Shown here one piece after another: positions 38,443 to 47,558 of a DNA stretch of 64,000 nucleotides. The DNA lies in assembly GCA_964583095.1 (NCBI GenBank), contig CAZOVB010000009.1, positions 11,379-75,378 of the forward strand. The letters run 5' to 3'. The notes beneath the pieces were generated by a model, which was given only the letters and a program-made list of their open reading frames with translations, was not told where the DNA came from and did not search any database. The DNA comes from an uncultured Planctomycetaceae bacterium (GTDB lineage: Bacteria; Planctomycetota; Phycisphaerae; SM23-33). Positions within the stretch are counted from its first letter, which is position 1, and every line of letters begins with the position of its first letter. Both the position numbers and the translations under genes were made by a program.

Positions 38443-38620
38443 CTTCGCTCTCCCGGAAAAGGGGATCGAAAGCACTTTACATTTATCTTGAGTCTACCAG
38501 ATAGAACCCCGCAGACATTGCGCAGTGTCGCCAATGTGATTATCCTGACGCGACAGATGCCCCTATAGGCGTCAAGAAACCGGCTCGGGGGCTTGGAGGG
38601 GTTCTTCGGCTCGGCCGGAA

Positions 38621-39730
38621 TCAGCCGTCGAAGACGCACGAGTACCGGTGCGTCGGTTCGGGGCGCCCGGGGCGGATGCTCCGCAGGTCCCCCACCACCG
38701 CGGCAAGGTCTTTTTGGCTGGCTGCGAAGGTCAACTGGCCCAGGACCAGCAGCCGAAGATCGTCCGGGGCCATCTCCACCCGGGCGTTGATGACCAGCTC
38801 AGCCGGGGCGTTGGCATCCTGGATGTCTCCTCGGAGGGTGATCTCTCCGCCGGTTTCGACCAGGTTGGCCACCAGTTCGCCGGATTCATTGGCCAGGAAG
38901 ACCTTCAGGTGCCCCACCGAGGCCTGGGCCTGCTGGATCTGCTCGGCCATGGTCTGCATGAAGGCGAGGAGGAACTCCGTCCAGTCGCAGCCTTTCTCGG
39001 CGGGCGGGGTCAGATGGACCTCCGCATTGAGCCATCCCAGAACGGCCTCGCCTTCGGCGTAGCGGTCGTAGTCGATCTCGACGACGCGCGTCCCGGCCCG
39101 GGTCTGGGTCAGAGCTTCCTGTATCCATCTGTCCAGGCCCTGTCCGGTCTGAGCGCTGAGCCAGCGCAGATCATGATCGGGCAGATGTCGATTCAGCAGG
39201 TCCCCAAGCTCGGCCCGCTGGACATCGTCGAGAAGGTCGGTCTTGTTGACCAGAATCCAGTCGGCCTCTTCGAGCTGCTTTTTCAGCACGTAGGCGGCGC
39301 TGGGATGAAGAGAGGAATCCTTGCCGGCGAGAATGCGTCCGACGCGATGAGGATCGGCCAGGACCGACAGCGGCGCCAGTTCGAATTCCTGTCGGAAATG
39401 CTCCTTGAGCGGCTGGAGAATGGTGGCAGAGAGGTCGGTACAACTGCCCACCGGCTCGGCCAGGAGGACATCGGCGCTGACATCGCGCCGCAGCTTCTCG
39501 GCTGCGTCGATGAGCCCCTGGAAGTTGCAGCAGAAGCAACTGCCGGCCACCTCCTGCACGTCCAGGCCCTGCCTTGCCAGCAGGGAGGTATCCACCAGAT
39601 CCGGGGCCTGGTCGTTGGTGATCAGGCCGACGCGTTTGCCTTGTTTGACAAGGCGCTTGGCCGCCTGCCAGAGCAGCGTGGTCTTGCCGGCTCCGAGGAA
39701 GCCTCCGATGACGATCAACCTGGTGGCCAA
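38621..39730 (-). CDS. G3E-family P-loop GTPase (COG0523/CobW-like N-domain, atypical C-domain)
   Basis: Walker A GGFLGAGKTTLL. CxCC metal motif GSCFCCN. Walker B-like LLAEPVGSCTD. NKxD LVNKTDLL. I do not recognise the C-terminal ~170 aa as the canonical CobW_C domain. Confidence 0.75.
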   Translation of the reverse strand: MATRLIVIGGFLGAGKTTLLWQAAKRLVKQGKRVGLITNDQAPDLVDTSLLARQGLDVQEVAGSCFCCNFQGLIDAAEKLRRDVSADVLLAEPVGSCTDLSATILQPLKEHFRQEFELAPLSVLADPHRVGRILAGKDSSLHPSAAYVLKKQLEEADWILVNKTDLLDDVQRAELGDLLNRHLPDHDLRWLSAQTGQGLDRWIQEALTQTRAGTRVVEIDYDRYAEGEAVLGWLNAEVHLTPPAEKGCDWTEFLLAFMQTMAEQIQQAQASVGHLKVFLANESGELVANLVETGGEITLRGDIQDANAPAELVINARVEMAPDDLRLLVLGQLTFAASQKDLAAVVGDLRSIRPGRPEPTHRYSCVFDG

Positions 39731-39807
39731 GATGAATCTCCTGCTCAGTGCGAATTCTCTCGTATCATCCTAGACGCCGACAAGGTCGGGTTTCAAGCTT
39801 TCCGGCC

Positions 39808-41016
39808 TTACCCGTCAAAGCGGCAGTACCGCTGGATTCCGGCCATCAGGAGGCGCTGGCCGGTCAATCGACTGCCGTTGTTGATGGAGCCGGCAGTAGC
39901 AAAAAGCAGCCCCCGCTCGGGCCGGCAGGCCTGGAAGTCCCGCAGCAGTTCAGCCAGCATGTTCCGCTGGTCGTTGCGGCTGAACGTGAACGGAGCCAAC
40001 TGCCCATGGATCACGGCGTTGGGCAGATGCTCGCGGATCTGCCGGACGCCCAGGGTGGGCCCGAAATTAGCCATCTTCAGATCGAAGCGGGAGAGGATCG
40101 GCAGCAGGTGGGACATTTCCGAATCGCTGTGCTGGCCTCGATAGTCCTCCGGATCGGGGGCGTACCGGTCGAAGATGGCCTGGAGGATCGGGGCGGCGAA
40201 GCGCTCGTAGAGTTCGGGGTTAAAGAGGCAGCAGTTGTCGTCGTTGAACTGCCAGCCTCGTCGCTCGTTTTCGGTTCCAAGCGTGCCGGACTCGGCGTCG
40301 AGAAGCTCGGCGATACCCAGCATGGATCGAATGAGGACCTCCCGGAAGCGATCGAGCAACTCGGGATGATCAAAGCCCAACAGGAGCATGTTTTCGGCCC
40401 CGTAGATGCTGGTAGCGAAGGTGCAGGGACCCCGCTGAAAGCGATAGGCAGGCATGGGGATACCCTCGGCCTGAAGCTGCCGCTTCTGCTGCTCCCAGTC
40501 GTCTGGCAACAGGAAGCCGGGCAGGTCTTCCAGGCGTTTTTCCACCCGGTCCAGCAGGTCAGACAGTTCGGATGGATTGTCGGCCGAGGACATCAGCCAC
40601 CAGGAACCGGCCGGGCCCCCTTCCCAGGAATTCTCAGCCTCGAACAGATCGTTGAGATGCTTGAACCGGTAGCCCTTGCGCCGGGGAGGATTCTCGTTGA
40701 GCTGTCGGCGGCCAACGATGGCCTCGGCCTTGTCGTTGTACGCCTTGGCCGTAGCTAAGCGGTACTCGTCGTCGTTCTGGTATCGCCGGTAGTCGACGTC
40801 GATTCCCAGTTCATCAAAGACGCACTCCCAGTTGCAGATCGCCCCGAGGGGAAGTTGGGGGATCTCCGAGCCGAACGGATCGGCCCGTGCGATTTCCTGA
40901 TCGGCCCAGAACGCCTCCAGTTCCACCGGGGCCAAGCCTCCGTGACTGAGGGTTTCCTTGAGCAACTGGTCTACTTTCTGTCGGTCGTCGTGGTCTAGTT
41001 GGTCGTAAGCGTTCAT
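39808..41016 (-). CDS. URO-D-fold family protein (divergent MtaA/HemE-like), function unknown
   Basis: 402 aa. C-terminal half RGQHSDSEMSHLLPILSRFDLKMANFGPTLGVRQIREHLPNAVIHGQLAPFTF fits the URO-D-family H-S-(C/D)-G...L pattern. AAGGA SD upstream. More divergent than the paralog at 1359..2417, so the family call is moderate. Confidence 0.55.
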   Translation of the reverse strand: MNAYDQLDHDDRQKVDQLLKETLSHGGLAPVELEAFWADQEIARADPFGSEIPQLPLGAICNWECVFDELGIDVDYRRYQNDDEYRLATAKAYNDKAEAIVGRRQLNENPPRRKGYRFKHLNDLFEAENSWEGGPAGSWWLMSSADNPSELSDLLDRVEKRLEDLPGFLLPDDWEQQKRQLQAEGIPMPAYRFQRGPCTFATSIYGAENMLLLGFDHPELLDRFREVLIRSMLGIAELLDAESGTLGTENERRGWQFNDDNCCLFNPELYERFAAPILQAIFDRYAPDPEDYRGQHSDSEMSHLLPILSRFDLKMANFGPTLGVRQIREHLPNAVIHGQLAPFTFSRNDQRNMLAELLRDFQACRPERGLLFATAGSINNGSRLTGQRLLMAGIQRYCRFDG

Positions 41017-41101
41017 GGCGTCCTTTGTCCCATCCTGATAATCATTGTGTGCCTCTACGCTGCAATGGTGCTATATTGTGCATGTTTTGCGGTACACTTC
41101 G

Positions 41102-42085
41102 ATGGCAAAGACAGGCAAACCCATGTCACATACTGAGAATCTCTCCAACGCAACCGCCTGGCTGCGCACCGAGGCGCCCAAACGACAGCCCCGCCTGCTG
41201 GACATCCAAGCCGACGGGGGCATCTACCATTTTGAATTGCTCACCGCCCATTACCAGCAGCGCAGGCATCACAAGCGACGCGATCCTGTCGGACATGTCC
41301 ATGATGTCTACCACCTGGTCCTCTATACCCTGGGATCCAATCGTTTTGTGCTGGAGAATCGACTGCTGCCCTGCTGCCCGGGGACATTGGTGGTCACCGC
41401 ACCGGGTCAGAAGCACGAGTTCGGCCCCACCGATGCCGGTGACGTAACTTACTGCGAGATCACTTTTCAATTCCGCCGTCGCGAGCAGAGCCTGGCCTGG
41501 GCGGGCGAGCGTCTGCTGAGTCACTTCGCCGGGGAAGAGCTCCCCGATTCCCGGCTGTACTGGCTGAACCCCAAGGCCACCACAGAAGCCCGCAACTGCT
41601 TTCGCCGCGTCATCGAGCATGCTCGGCCAGACCAGCCGGGCGACCGGTTGGTAGTACAGCAGAAGGTGGCCGAGCTACTGACCCTCACGATCCGCAGCGG
41701 CCTGGAATCCTCGCAACTCAATCCTGGACAGGAAGATGCACTGGAAGCAGCCAGAAGTTTCCTGGCCGCAAATTTCTCAAAGTCGGTCACGGTAGCTCAA
41801 TTGGCCCGTATGGCCCATTACAGCCGAGGCCACTTCAACCGCCGGTTTCGTGATCGTTACGGACAGACGCCGATAGCATACCTTCATGATCTTCGAATCT
41901 CGGCCGGGGCGAATCTTCTGCGCTGCACGCACATGCGGTGCAAGGAAATCGCTTCCCGGGTGGGATATGCCGACGGATTCTGCTTCTCCAAGGCCTTTCG
42001 GCGACGGATGGGAGTATCTCCCGAGGCGTATCGTGGCAGGTTCGTCAAAGCAGTGTCGCGAACCCGTCAAACCGATGCATCCTGA
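41102..42085 (+). CDS. AraC-family transcriptional regulator (cupin-like N-domain plus HTH)
   Basis: VTVAQLARMAHYSRGHFNRRFRDRYGQTPIAYLHDLRISAGANLLRCTHMRCKEIASRVGYADGFCFSKAFRRRMGVSPEAYR. Divergent from 39808..41016. The start is ambiguous (track 41045; ATG at 41102 or 41123). Confidence 0.8.
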   Translation: MAKTGKPMSHTENLSNATAWLRTEAPKRQPRLLDIQADGGIYHFELLTAHYQQRRHHKRRDPVGHVHDVYHLVLYTLGSNRFVLENRLLPCCPGTLVVTAPGQKHEFGPTDAGDVTYCEITFQFRRREQSLAWAGERLLSHFAGEELPDSRLYWLNPKATTEARNCFRRVIEHARPDQPGDRLVVQQKVAELLTLTIRSGLESSQLNPGQEDALEAARSFLAANFSKSVTVAQLARMAHYSRGHFNRRFRDRYGQTPIAYLHDLRISAGANLLRCTHMRCKEIASRVGYADGFCFSKAFRRRMGVSPEAYRGRFVKAVSRTRQTDAS

Positions 42086-42374
42086 AATTCGCCCGTCCCC
42101 CCGGGCCGGCAAAGGGATTATACTTTCACCGGTAAATGAAATTCCAGGCCGTGTTTCCTGACTTTTTCCGAAACCAGCGGTCCTTTATTGCCAAAGCAGC
42201 GTTGAACGGTATATTGGTTAAAAGGTAAAACCTTTCGCGCAGGCGGGGCAAAAAGTTGCCCTTCTGCGGGAAAGTGCGGTCGAGTCCATTCGATGTACAA
42301 CGTAGGTTGCCGAAATATCTGCAGAGTTGCTGCGTTTATTCCGGCGGCCAAAGCCAAGTGAGAGAAGAGCAATC

Positions 42375-44228
42375 ATGATGAAAAGGTACCTGCCCCTGAT
42401 GATCTGCGGTCTGGCCGCAGTGGTGTTCAGCCTGGCCATGAGTGACGGCGACGCGGCCGGCAGCTCCGCCAACGATCCGCTTTCCCCCCTTGCGATCGTC
42501 GCCTCGCCGGACGGCGGAACCCTTTACGTCGCCGAGGCCACCGGCAAGCGAGTCGCAGTTGTCAAGGCCGACTCCGGCGACATCGTCAAGACCTACCCGG
42601 TCCAGAAGCAACTCTCGGGCCTGGCGGTATCGAAAGACGGGAAGCTCCTGGCCGCGACGGCAGAATCCCCCCAGGGCGAGATTTTCCTGATCGACACCGG
42701 CTCGGACCAGACCCGAACCATTCAGGTCGGACATACCCCCACCGCTCCGATTTTCTCTCCCGATGCCAAGACTCTCTACGTATGCAACCGTTTCGATAAC
42801 GAAATTGCCTTCGTCAACGTCGCCGACGGCAAGACGGTCAAGACCGTTGCGGTCCCTCGCGAACCGGTGGCCATGGATATCACCCCCGACGGCAAGAAGC
42901 TCGTTGTGGCGAACCTGCTGCCTTCCGGAGCGGCCGATGAGGCCTACGTAGCCGCCACAGCCAGTATCATCGACACTGCCTCGGGCAAGGTTACGCCCGT
43001 GCAGCTTCCCAACGGATCGATGTCGCTTCGCGGCGTCGCGATTTCTCCCGACGGCAAGAACGCCTACGTAACGCACATTCTCGGGCGCTACCAGTTGCCC
43101 ACCACGCAGTTGGACCGCGGCTGGATGAACACCAACGCCCTGACGATCATCGACCTGACCAGGGACGAAATCGTCAACACGGTCCTGCTGGACGATATCG
43201 ACCGCGGGGCTGCCAACCCCTGGGGCGTTGCGGTTACCGGCGACGGCAAGAACATCGGCGTTGCCTGTGCGGGGACCCACGAGGTGATTCTGCTGGATCG
43301 CGAAGTTCTGCACAAGAAGCTCGCCGAAGCCGCCGAAGGCAAGCAGGTGACCCAGGCGACCAAGTCGGCCGACGATGTCCCCAACGACCTGGCCTTCTGC
43401 GTGGACTTCAAGCGGCGCATCAAGCTCAGCGGCAACGGCCCGCGGGGGCTGACCGCCGCCAACGGCAAGTTCTACGCCTGCGAGTACTTCACCGACACCG
43501 TCTCGGTGGTCGATCCGGCCAAGGAGCCGGCAGCCATCGCCCAATTGGCCATGGGCCCCGCCCCCACCGAAACCCAGGCCCGCGTGGGCGAGCGACTCTT
43601 CAACGACGCGATCATGTGCTTCCAGCACTGGCAAAGCTGTACCACCTGTCACCCGGATGTCCGGACCGACGGGCTCAACTGGGACCTGCTCAATGACGGT
43701 ATCGGCAACCCCAAGCAGACCAAGAGCCTGGTTCTGAGCCACAAAACTCCCCCGGTGATGATCACCGGCGTTCGCGCCGATGCCGAGACGGCCGTCAGAG
43801 CCGGCATGACCTTTATCCAGTTCGTGGTTCGGCCCGAAGCCGACGCTGTAGCCATTGACACCTATCTCAAGAGCCTCCAGCCCGTGCCCAGCCCCTACCT
43901 TGTCGACGGGGAGCTTTCCGAAGCGGCCAAGCGCGGCGAGAAGATCTTCGCCCAGGCCGGCTGTGCTGCCTGCCACCCGGCTCCGCTGTACACCGACCTG
44001 AACAAACATGACGTAGGTACCGGCATCGGCCGAGAGAAGGGCATGGCGTTTGACACCCCCACGCTGCTGGAAGTCTGGCGAACGGCCCCGTATCTCTACG
44101 ATGGCCGAAGCCCCACGATGCTCCAGGCCCTGACCAAGGACAACCCCCAGTTGAAGCTCCACGGGGACGTTTCCGGTCTGACCAAACAACAGATCGACGA
44201 TCTCGTCGAATACGTGTTGAGCCTGTAG
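42375..44228 (+). CDS. Secreted fusion protein: YVTN/YncE-type beta-propeller plus di-haem cytochrome c peroxidase (CCP/MauG family) domain
   Basis: Signal MMKRYLPLMICGLAAVVFSLAMS. Propeller repeats (SPDGGTLYVAEATGKRVAVV, SKDGKLLAATAE, SPDAKTLYVCNRFDNEIAFV, TPDGKKLVVANLL, SPDGKNAYVTH, TGDGKNIGVACAG). CCP motifs GERLFNDAIMCFQHWQSCTTCHPD (43638-43652) and AGCAACHPAPLYTD (43962-43976), then FDTPTLLEVWRTAPYLYDGRSPTML. Confidence 0.8.
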   Translation: MMKRYLPLMICGLAAVVFSLAMSDGDAAGSSANDPLSPLAIVASPDGGTLYVAEATGKRVAVVKADSGDIVKTYPVQKQLSGLAVSKDGKLLAATAESPQGEIFLIDTGSDQTRTIQVGHTPTAPIFSPDAKTLYVCNRFDNEIAFVNVADGKTVKTVAVPREPVAMDITPDGKKLVVANLLPSGAADEAYVAATASIIDTASGKVTPVQLPNGSMSLRGVAISPDGKNAYVTHILGRYQLPTTQLDRGWMNTNALTIIDLTRDEIVNTVLLDDIDRGAANPWGVAVTGDGKNIGVACAGTHEVILLDREVLHKKLAEAAEGKQVTQATKSADDVPNDLAFCVDFKRRIKLSGNGPRGLTAANGKFYACEYFTDTVSVVDPAKEPAAIAQLAMGPAPTETQARVGERLFNDAIMCFQHWQSCTTCHPDVRTDGLNWDLLNDGIGNPKQTKSLVLSHKTPPVMITGVRADAETAVRAGMTFIQFVVRPEADAVAIDTYLKSLQPVPSPYLVDGELSEAAKRGEKIFAQAGCAACHPAPLYTDLNKHDVGTGIGREKGMAFDTPTLLEVWRTAPYLYDGRSPTMLQALTKDNPQLKLHGDVSGLTKQQIDDLVEYVLSL

Positions 44229-44247
44229 TTCCTTAAGGACGTATCGA

Positions 44248-45360
44248 ATGAAGACCGGAGAGCAAGTCAGTACCGGGCAGGCCGTGGTGCGAACCACGCC
44301 TTGCGGCGACGAGAAGTTCATCACCATCCTTCCGGGCCCCAAGCAGCCCGACCTGACTGAGGCGATCCCTCCCCTGTTGGACCAGATCAACAAGCAAGGT
44401 CTGCGGGTCGTAGCGCAACAGAACTTCGTGGGTCTGCAATTCGATCTTCAGACCCACGCGGAGAGGATCGAGCGCATGGGACAGGCCAATTGGCCCGTGA
44501 CATATGTCCAGGCCGAGGCCCCCGCCAGACCGGTCGTCCAGGCGGTGCAGTTGCACTGCATACCCGACAGGCAGGTCGAGACGATCCAGGGCCCCGGCGG
44601 GCAGACCATCGGGTGCATCTGGCAGGACCGGGACAACCGGTACTGCAAGCTCGGAGGCCGGCTGATCGACCCTGCCGGAATGGACAGGCGTCAGCAGTCG
44701 GATGCAAAATTCCTGGCCGCGGAATCGGCCCTGGCTCAGGCCGGGATGGACTTCAACGACGTGGTCCGGACCTGGTTCTTTAATGACCGCATTCTCGACT
44801 GGTATGGAGACTTCAACAAGTCTCGTACGCAATACTTCGAGTCGCGAGATGTCTTTGAGGGCATCGTCCCGGCCAGTACGGGCATTGGCGCGTTCAATGC
44901 CTGCAACGACGCCCTTTCGCTTCAGTTGATCGCCGCCAAGGGCCTTGAAGGCCGGAAAAACTACCAGGCGGTGGATTCTCCACTGCAGAAGTCGGCCATG
45001 GACTACGGCAGCAGCTTTTCCCGTGCGGCCGAGCTGGCCGGGACCGGCTTTCGCAGGCTCTATGTCTCCGGAACCGCCAGTATCGACCGCGGCGGCAAGA
45101 CCCTGCACCTGGAGGACCTGGAGAAGCAGATCAACCTGACCTTGGACATTGTCGCTGCCATCGTTGAATCCCGCCGGATGACCTGGGACCACACCTCCCG
45201 GGGGATTGCCTACGTCGCCAAACAGGAAGACGTGGACCAGACGCAACGGATCATGCAGCAGCGAGGACTATCCGATCTGCCCATCGTCGTGCTGGTTGCC
45301 ACCGTCTGCCGTCATGACCTGCTTTACGAACTGGAATTGGACACGGTGATTTCCGACTGA
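44248..45360 (+). CDS. FkbO/Hyg5/XanB2-like chorismatase family protein (YjgF/RidA-fold)
   Basis: VVRTWFFNDRILDWYGDFNKSRTQYF...IVPASTGIG; AVDSPLQKSAMDYGSSFSRAA; RLYVSGTASIDRGGKTLHLEDLEKQINLTLDIV. These match the conserved blocks I recall for the chorismatase family (R-x-W-N-x-I, PA-x-TG-x-G, Q-x-SA...Y...FSRA, (F/Y)-(I/V)-SGTASI). It starts 20 nt after the previous gene. Confidence 0.6.
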   Translation: MKTGEQVSTGQAVVRTTPCGDEKFITILPGPKQPDLTEAIPPLLDQINKQGLRVVAQQNFVGLQFDLQTHAERIERMGQANWPVTYVQAEAPARPVVQAVQLHCIPDRQVETIQGPGGQTIGCIWQDRDNRYCKLGGRLIDPAGMDRRQQSDAKFLAAESALAQAGMDFNDVVRTWFFNDRILDWYGDFNKSRTQYFESRDVFEGIVPASTGIGAFNACNDALSLQLIAAKGLEGRKNYQAVDSPLQKSAMDYGSSFSRAAELAGTGFRRLYVSGTASIDRGGKTLHLEDLEKQINLTLDIVAAIVESRRMTWDHTSRGIAYVAKQEDVDQTQRIMQQRGLSDLPIVVLVATVCRHDLLYELELDTVISD

Positions 45361-45392
45361 AAGCGGAGAACCCCCTGCAAGTAATACACTTT

Positions 45393-45436
45393 CCGGGCCG
45401 TCGGCACGATTCGCGCGTCGACGGCCCGGGTTTTTG
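45393..45436 (+). terminator. Rho-independent terminator
   Basis: ccgggccgtcg (45393-45403) pairs with cgacggcccgg (45419-45429), followed by gTTTTTgt. Confidence 0.75.
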
Positions 45437-45447
45437 TATCTCCTGTA

Positions 45448-45469
45448 TGAAGATTCTGTGAAGATTTTG
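45448..45469 (+). promoter_or_regulatory. Direct repeat TGAAGATT with 11-bp periodicity; candidate OmpR/PhoB-type response-regulator site (Pho-box-like)
   Basis: ctgtaTGAAGATTctgTGAAGATTttg. Copies start at 45448 and 45459. The site lies between the terminator and the Na/Pi cotransporter-PhoU-kinase genes. Confidence 0.3.
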
Positions 45470-45567
45470 CTTGGTTTCATGAGCATTCTCTTGCCTCTCT
45501 GCCCCCGGTGCTCTAGTCTCTGCGTTCCTTGCTTCCTGAGCGTACCCCAAAAGCTACGGGCCGGAGA

Positions 45568-46776
45568 ATGAGCCGAAACGACGACTCCTCTTTACTGCAA
45601 GCACCCTCCTTCCAGCCGAGCACTGGGCCGGGGCAAATGCCGGCCTGGCTCCGCGCGGTCCTGGCCGCGTTGGCCCTGTTTCTGTTCATCTCTTCGGTGA
45701 ACATGATCGGGGCGGGCCTGAAGGTCATTGCCAAAGATCCCCAAGGCAAGGAAGCCATCCAATGGGCCTTCCAGCAGGTCAAGGACCCGCTTACGGGGCT
45801 GTTCATCGGCGTGCTCGTGACCAGCCTCGTTCAGTCCAGCAGCTTCACCACGTCGATGACGGTCGGCCTGGTGGCCGAGAGAACCATGGGACTCGAAGCG
45901 GCCATTCCTGTCGTCATGGGGGCCAATATCGGCACGAGCGTGACGAACCTGCTGGTATCGCTGGCCCACGTGCGGAGGCGACTGGAATTTCGCAGGAGCC
46001 TGGCCGGGGCCATTGTCCATGATTTCTTCAACGTCCTCTCGGTGATTCTGCTTCTGCCCCTGGAGGCTGCTTTCGGGATCATCTCCAAGCCCGTTTCGAT
46101 GATCAGTGAGCAACTTGCCAAGACGAGGATGTTTTCGAGCAACCCGATGGAGGACTACGGGCTGATCAAGTCGGTCCTGTCTCAGGTGGGAATCTTCTTC
46201 AAATGGCTTCTGGGCTCGGTGATGGGCCTTCCGGCGGTGTTGACCGGCTCGATTGTGGCCGGCCTGGCCCTTCTGCTGCTCTTCTTCGCGCTCTGGGGGA
46301 TGGTCAAGATGCTCCGTGGGCTGCTCCAGGACCGCCTTTCGGGTGCGCTTAGCAAAACGCTGTTCCGCAACGCGCCGCTGGCGTTCGTGGTGGGGATCCT
46401 CATGACAGCCTCGGTCCAGAGTTCGTCGGTGACGACTTCACTGGTCGTCCCGCTGGTGGGAGCGGGAATCCTGAAACTTCGGCAGATCTACCCTTACACG
46501 CTCGGGGCCAATATCGGCACGACGGTAACAGCCCTTCTGGCCGCTTTGGGAACCGGGGGCTCCAGCGGCGTTGCCTGTGCGCTGGGGCATCTGCTTTTCA
46601 ACTTGATGGGCACGGCGGTTTTCTGGCCTCTGCAGTTCATTCCGATCTCCCTGGCCAAAGGCTTTGCCAAGCTGGCCGCCCGCAGGAGGATTCTTTCGGC
46701 CCTGTATGTCATCTTTGTGTTCTTCGTGTTGCCCATTGCCTACATCCTAATCAGCTATCAATTCCGCACGCATTAA
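45568..46776 (+). CDS. Na+/phosphate cotransporter family protein (NptA/YjbB type II-related)
   Basis: Duplicated Na/Pi motifs LVQSSSFTTSMTVGLV...GANIGTSVTN and SVQSSSVTTSLVVPLVGAGIL...GANIGTTVTA. The start is uncertain (track TTG 45529; ATG at 45568 or 45637). Confidence 0.8.
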   Translation: MSRNDDSSLLQAPSFQPSTGPGQMPAWLRAVLAALALFLFISSVNMIGAGLKVIAKDPQGKEAIQWAFQQVKDPLTGLFIGVLVTSLVQSSSFTTSMTVGLVAERTMGLEAAIPVVMGANIGTSVTNLLVSLAHVRRRLEFRRSLAGAIVHDFFNVLSVILLLPLEAAFGIISKPVSMISEQLAKTRMFSSNPMEDYGLIKSVLSQVGIFFKWLLGSVMGLPAVLTGSIVAGLALLLLFFALWGMVKMLRGLLQDRLSGALSKTLFRNAPLAFVVGILMTASVQSSSVTTSLVVPLVGAGILKLRQIYPYTLGANIGTTVTALLAALGTGGSSGVACALGHLLFNLMGTAVFWPLQFIPISLAKGFAKLAARRRILSALYVIFVFFVLPIAYILISYQFRTH

Positions 46777-46791
46777 GTCGGGAGAAGTCCA

Positions 46792-47454
46792 ATGCTCAAA
46801 GAAATCTTGAGAGCTTTCGCGAAGAAAGACGTTGTTACTGAACTGACCCGGCAGCTGGCCAACATGCTTTCGGCCGCCCATTGGATGTTCGACCAGGCCT
46901 GCGGCTGCCTGATGGGCCGCGAACGGGTGGAGAACATCGCCGACGCTCTCTACGGACGCGATCGGGAAATCAACAAGATCGAGCGTGAAATCCGAGAGAG
47001 GATCATGACGCACCTGAGCGTCGGAAACGAATCGGATCTGGCCCCCTGCCTGGCCCTGATGAGCCTGGTCAAGGACGCCGAGCGCATCGGAGATTATTGC
47101 AAGAACATCTTCGAGGTCAGCAAATTCTCGCACTCGGAGTTCATCCACAAGGAGTTTGCCGAACCTCTGGACGAGATCCGAAGTGATATTTCCAGCTTGT
47201 TCGATCCGGTCGCCCAGGCCCTGGCCAACCAGGATGTCGCCCAGGCCAAGCAGGTCCGCCAGAAAGCTCATGACATCAGTTCGCGCTGCGACATGATCGT
47301 CCAACAACTGCTTCAGGTCCAGGGAACCTTCGCCCCGGCTGAGGCGGTGGCCTATGTGCTCCTGGCCCGTCATTACAAGCGCGTCGAGGCCCACCTTTGG
47401 AACCTGGCCACGGGCGTCATCTCGCCGATTCCGATGCTGGATTTCCAAAAATAG
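46792..47454 (+). CDS. PhoU-domain protein
   Basis: 220 aa, all-helical, with the duplicated PhoU-like pattern (ERIGDYCKNIF in the first half; AVAYVLLARHYKRVEAHLWNLA at the C-terminus). It starts 16 nt after the Na/Pi transporter, a pairing that is often fused in YjbB-type proteins. Confidence 0.7.
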   Translation: MLKEILRAFAKKDVVTELTRQLANMLSAAHWMFDQACGCLMGRERVENIADALYGRDREINKIEREIRERIMTHLSVGNESDLAPCLALMSLVKDAERIGDYCKNIFEVSKFSHSEFIHKEFAEPLDEIRSDISSLFDPVAQALANQDVAQAKQVRQKAHDISSRCDMIVQQLLQVQGTFAPAEAVAYVLLARHYKRVEAHLWNLATGVISPIPMLDFQK

Positions 47455-47558
47455 TGCGGATCAGCCCACCCGCAGCTTGCCTTTGCTTGCAACCGACAGG
47501 CCGGGACGTCATCATGTCATGACGGAATCGGAGTGTTGGCAAAAGGGCAAGCGAATCC

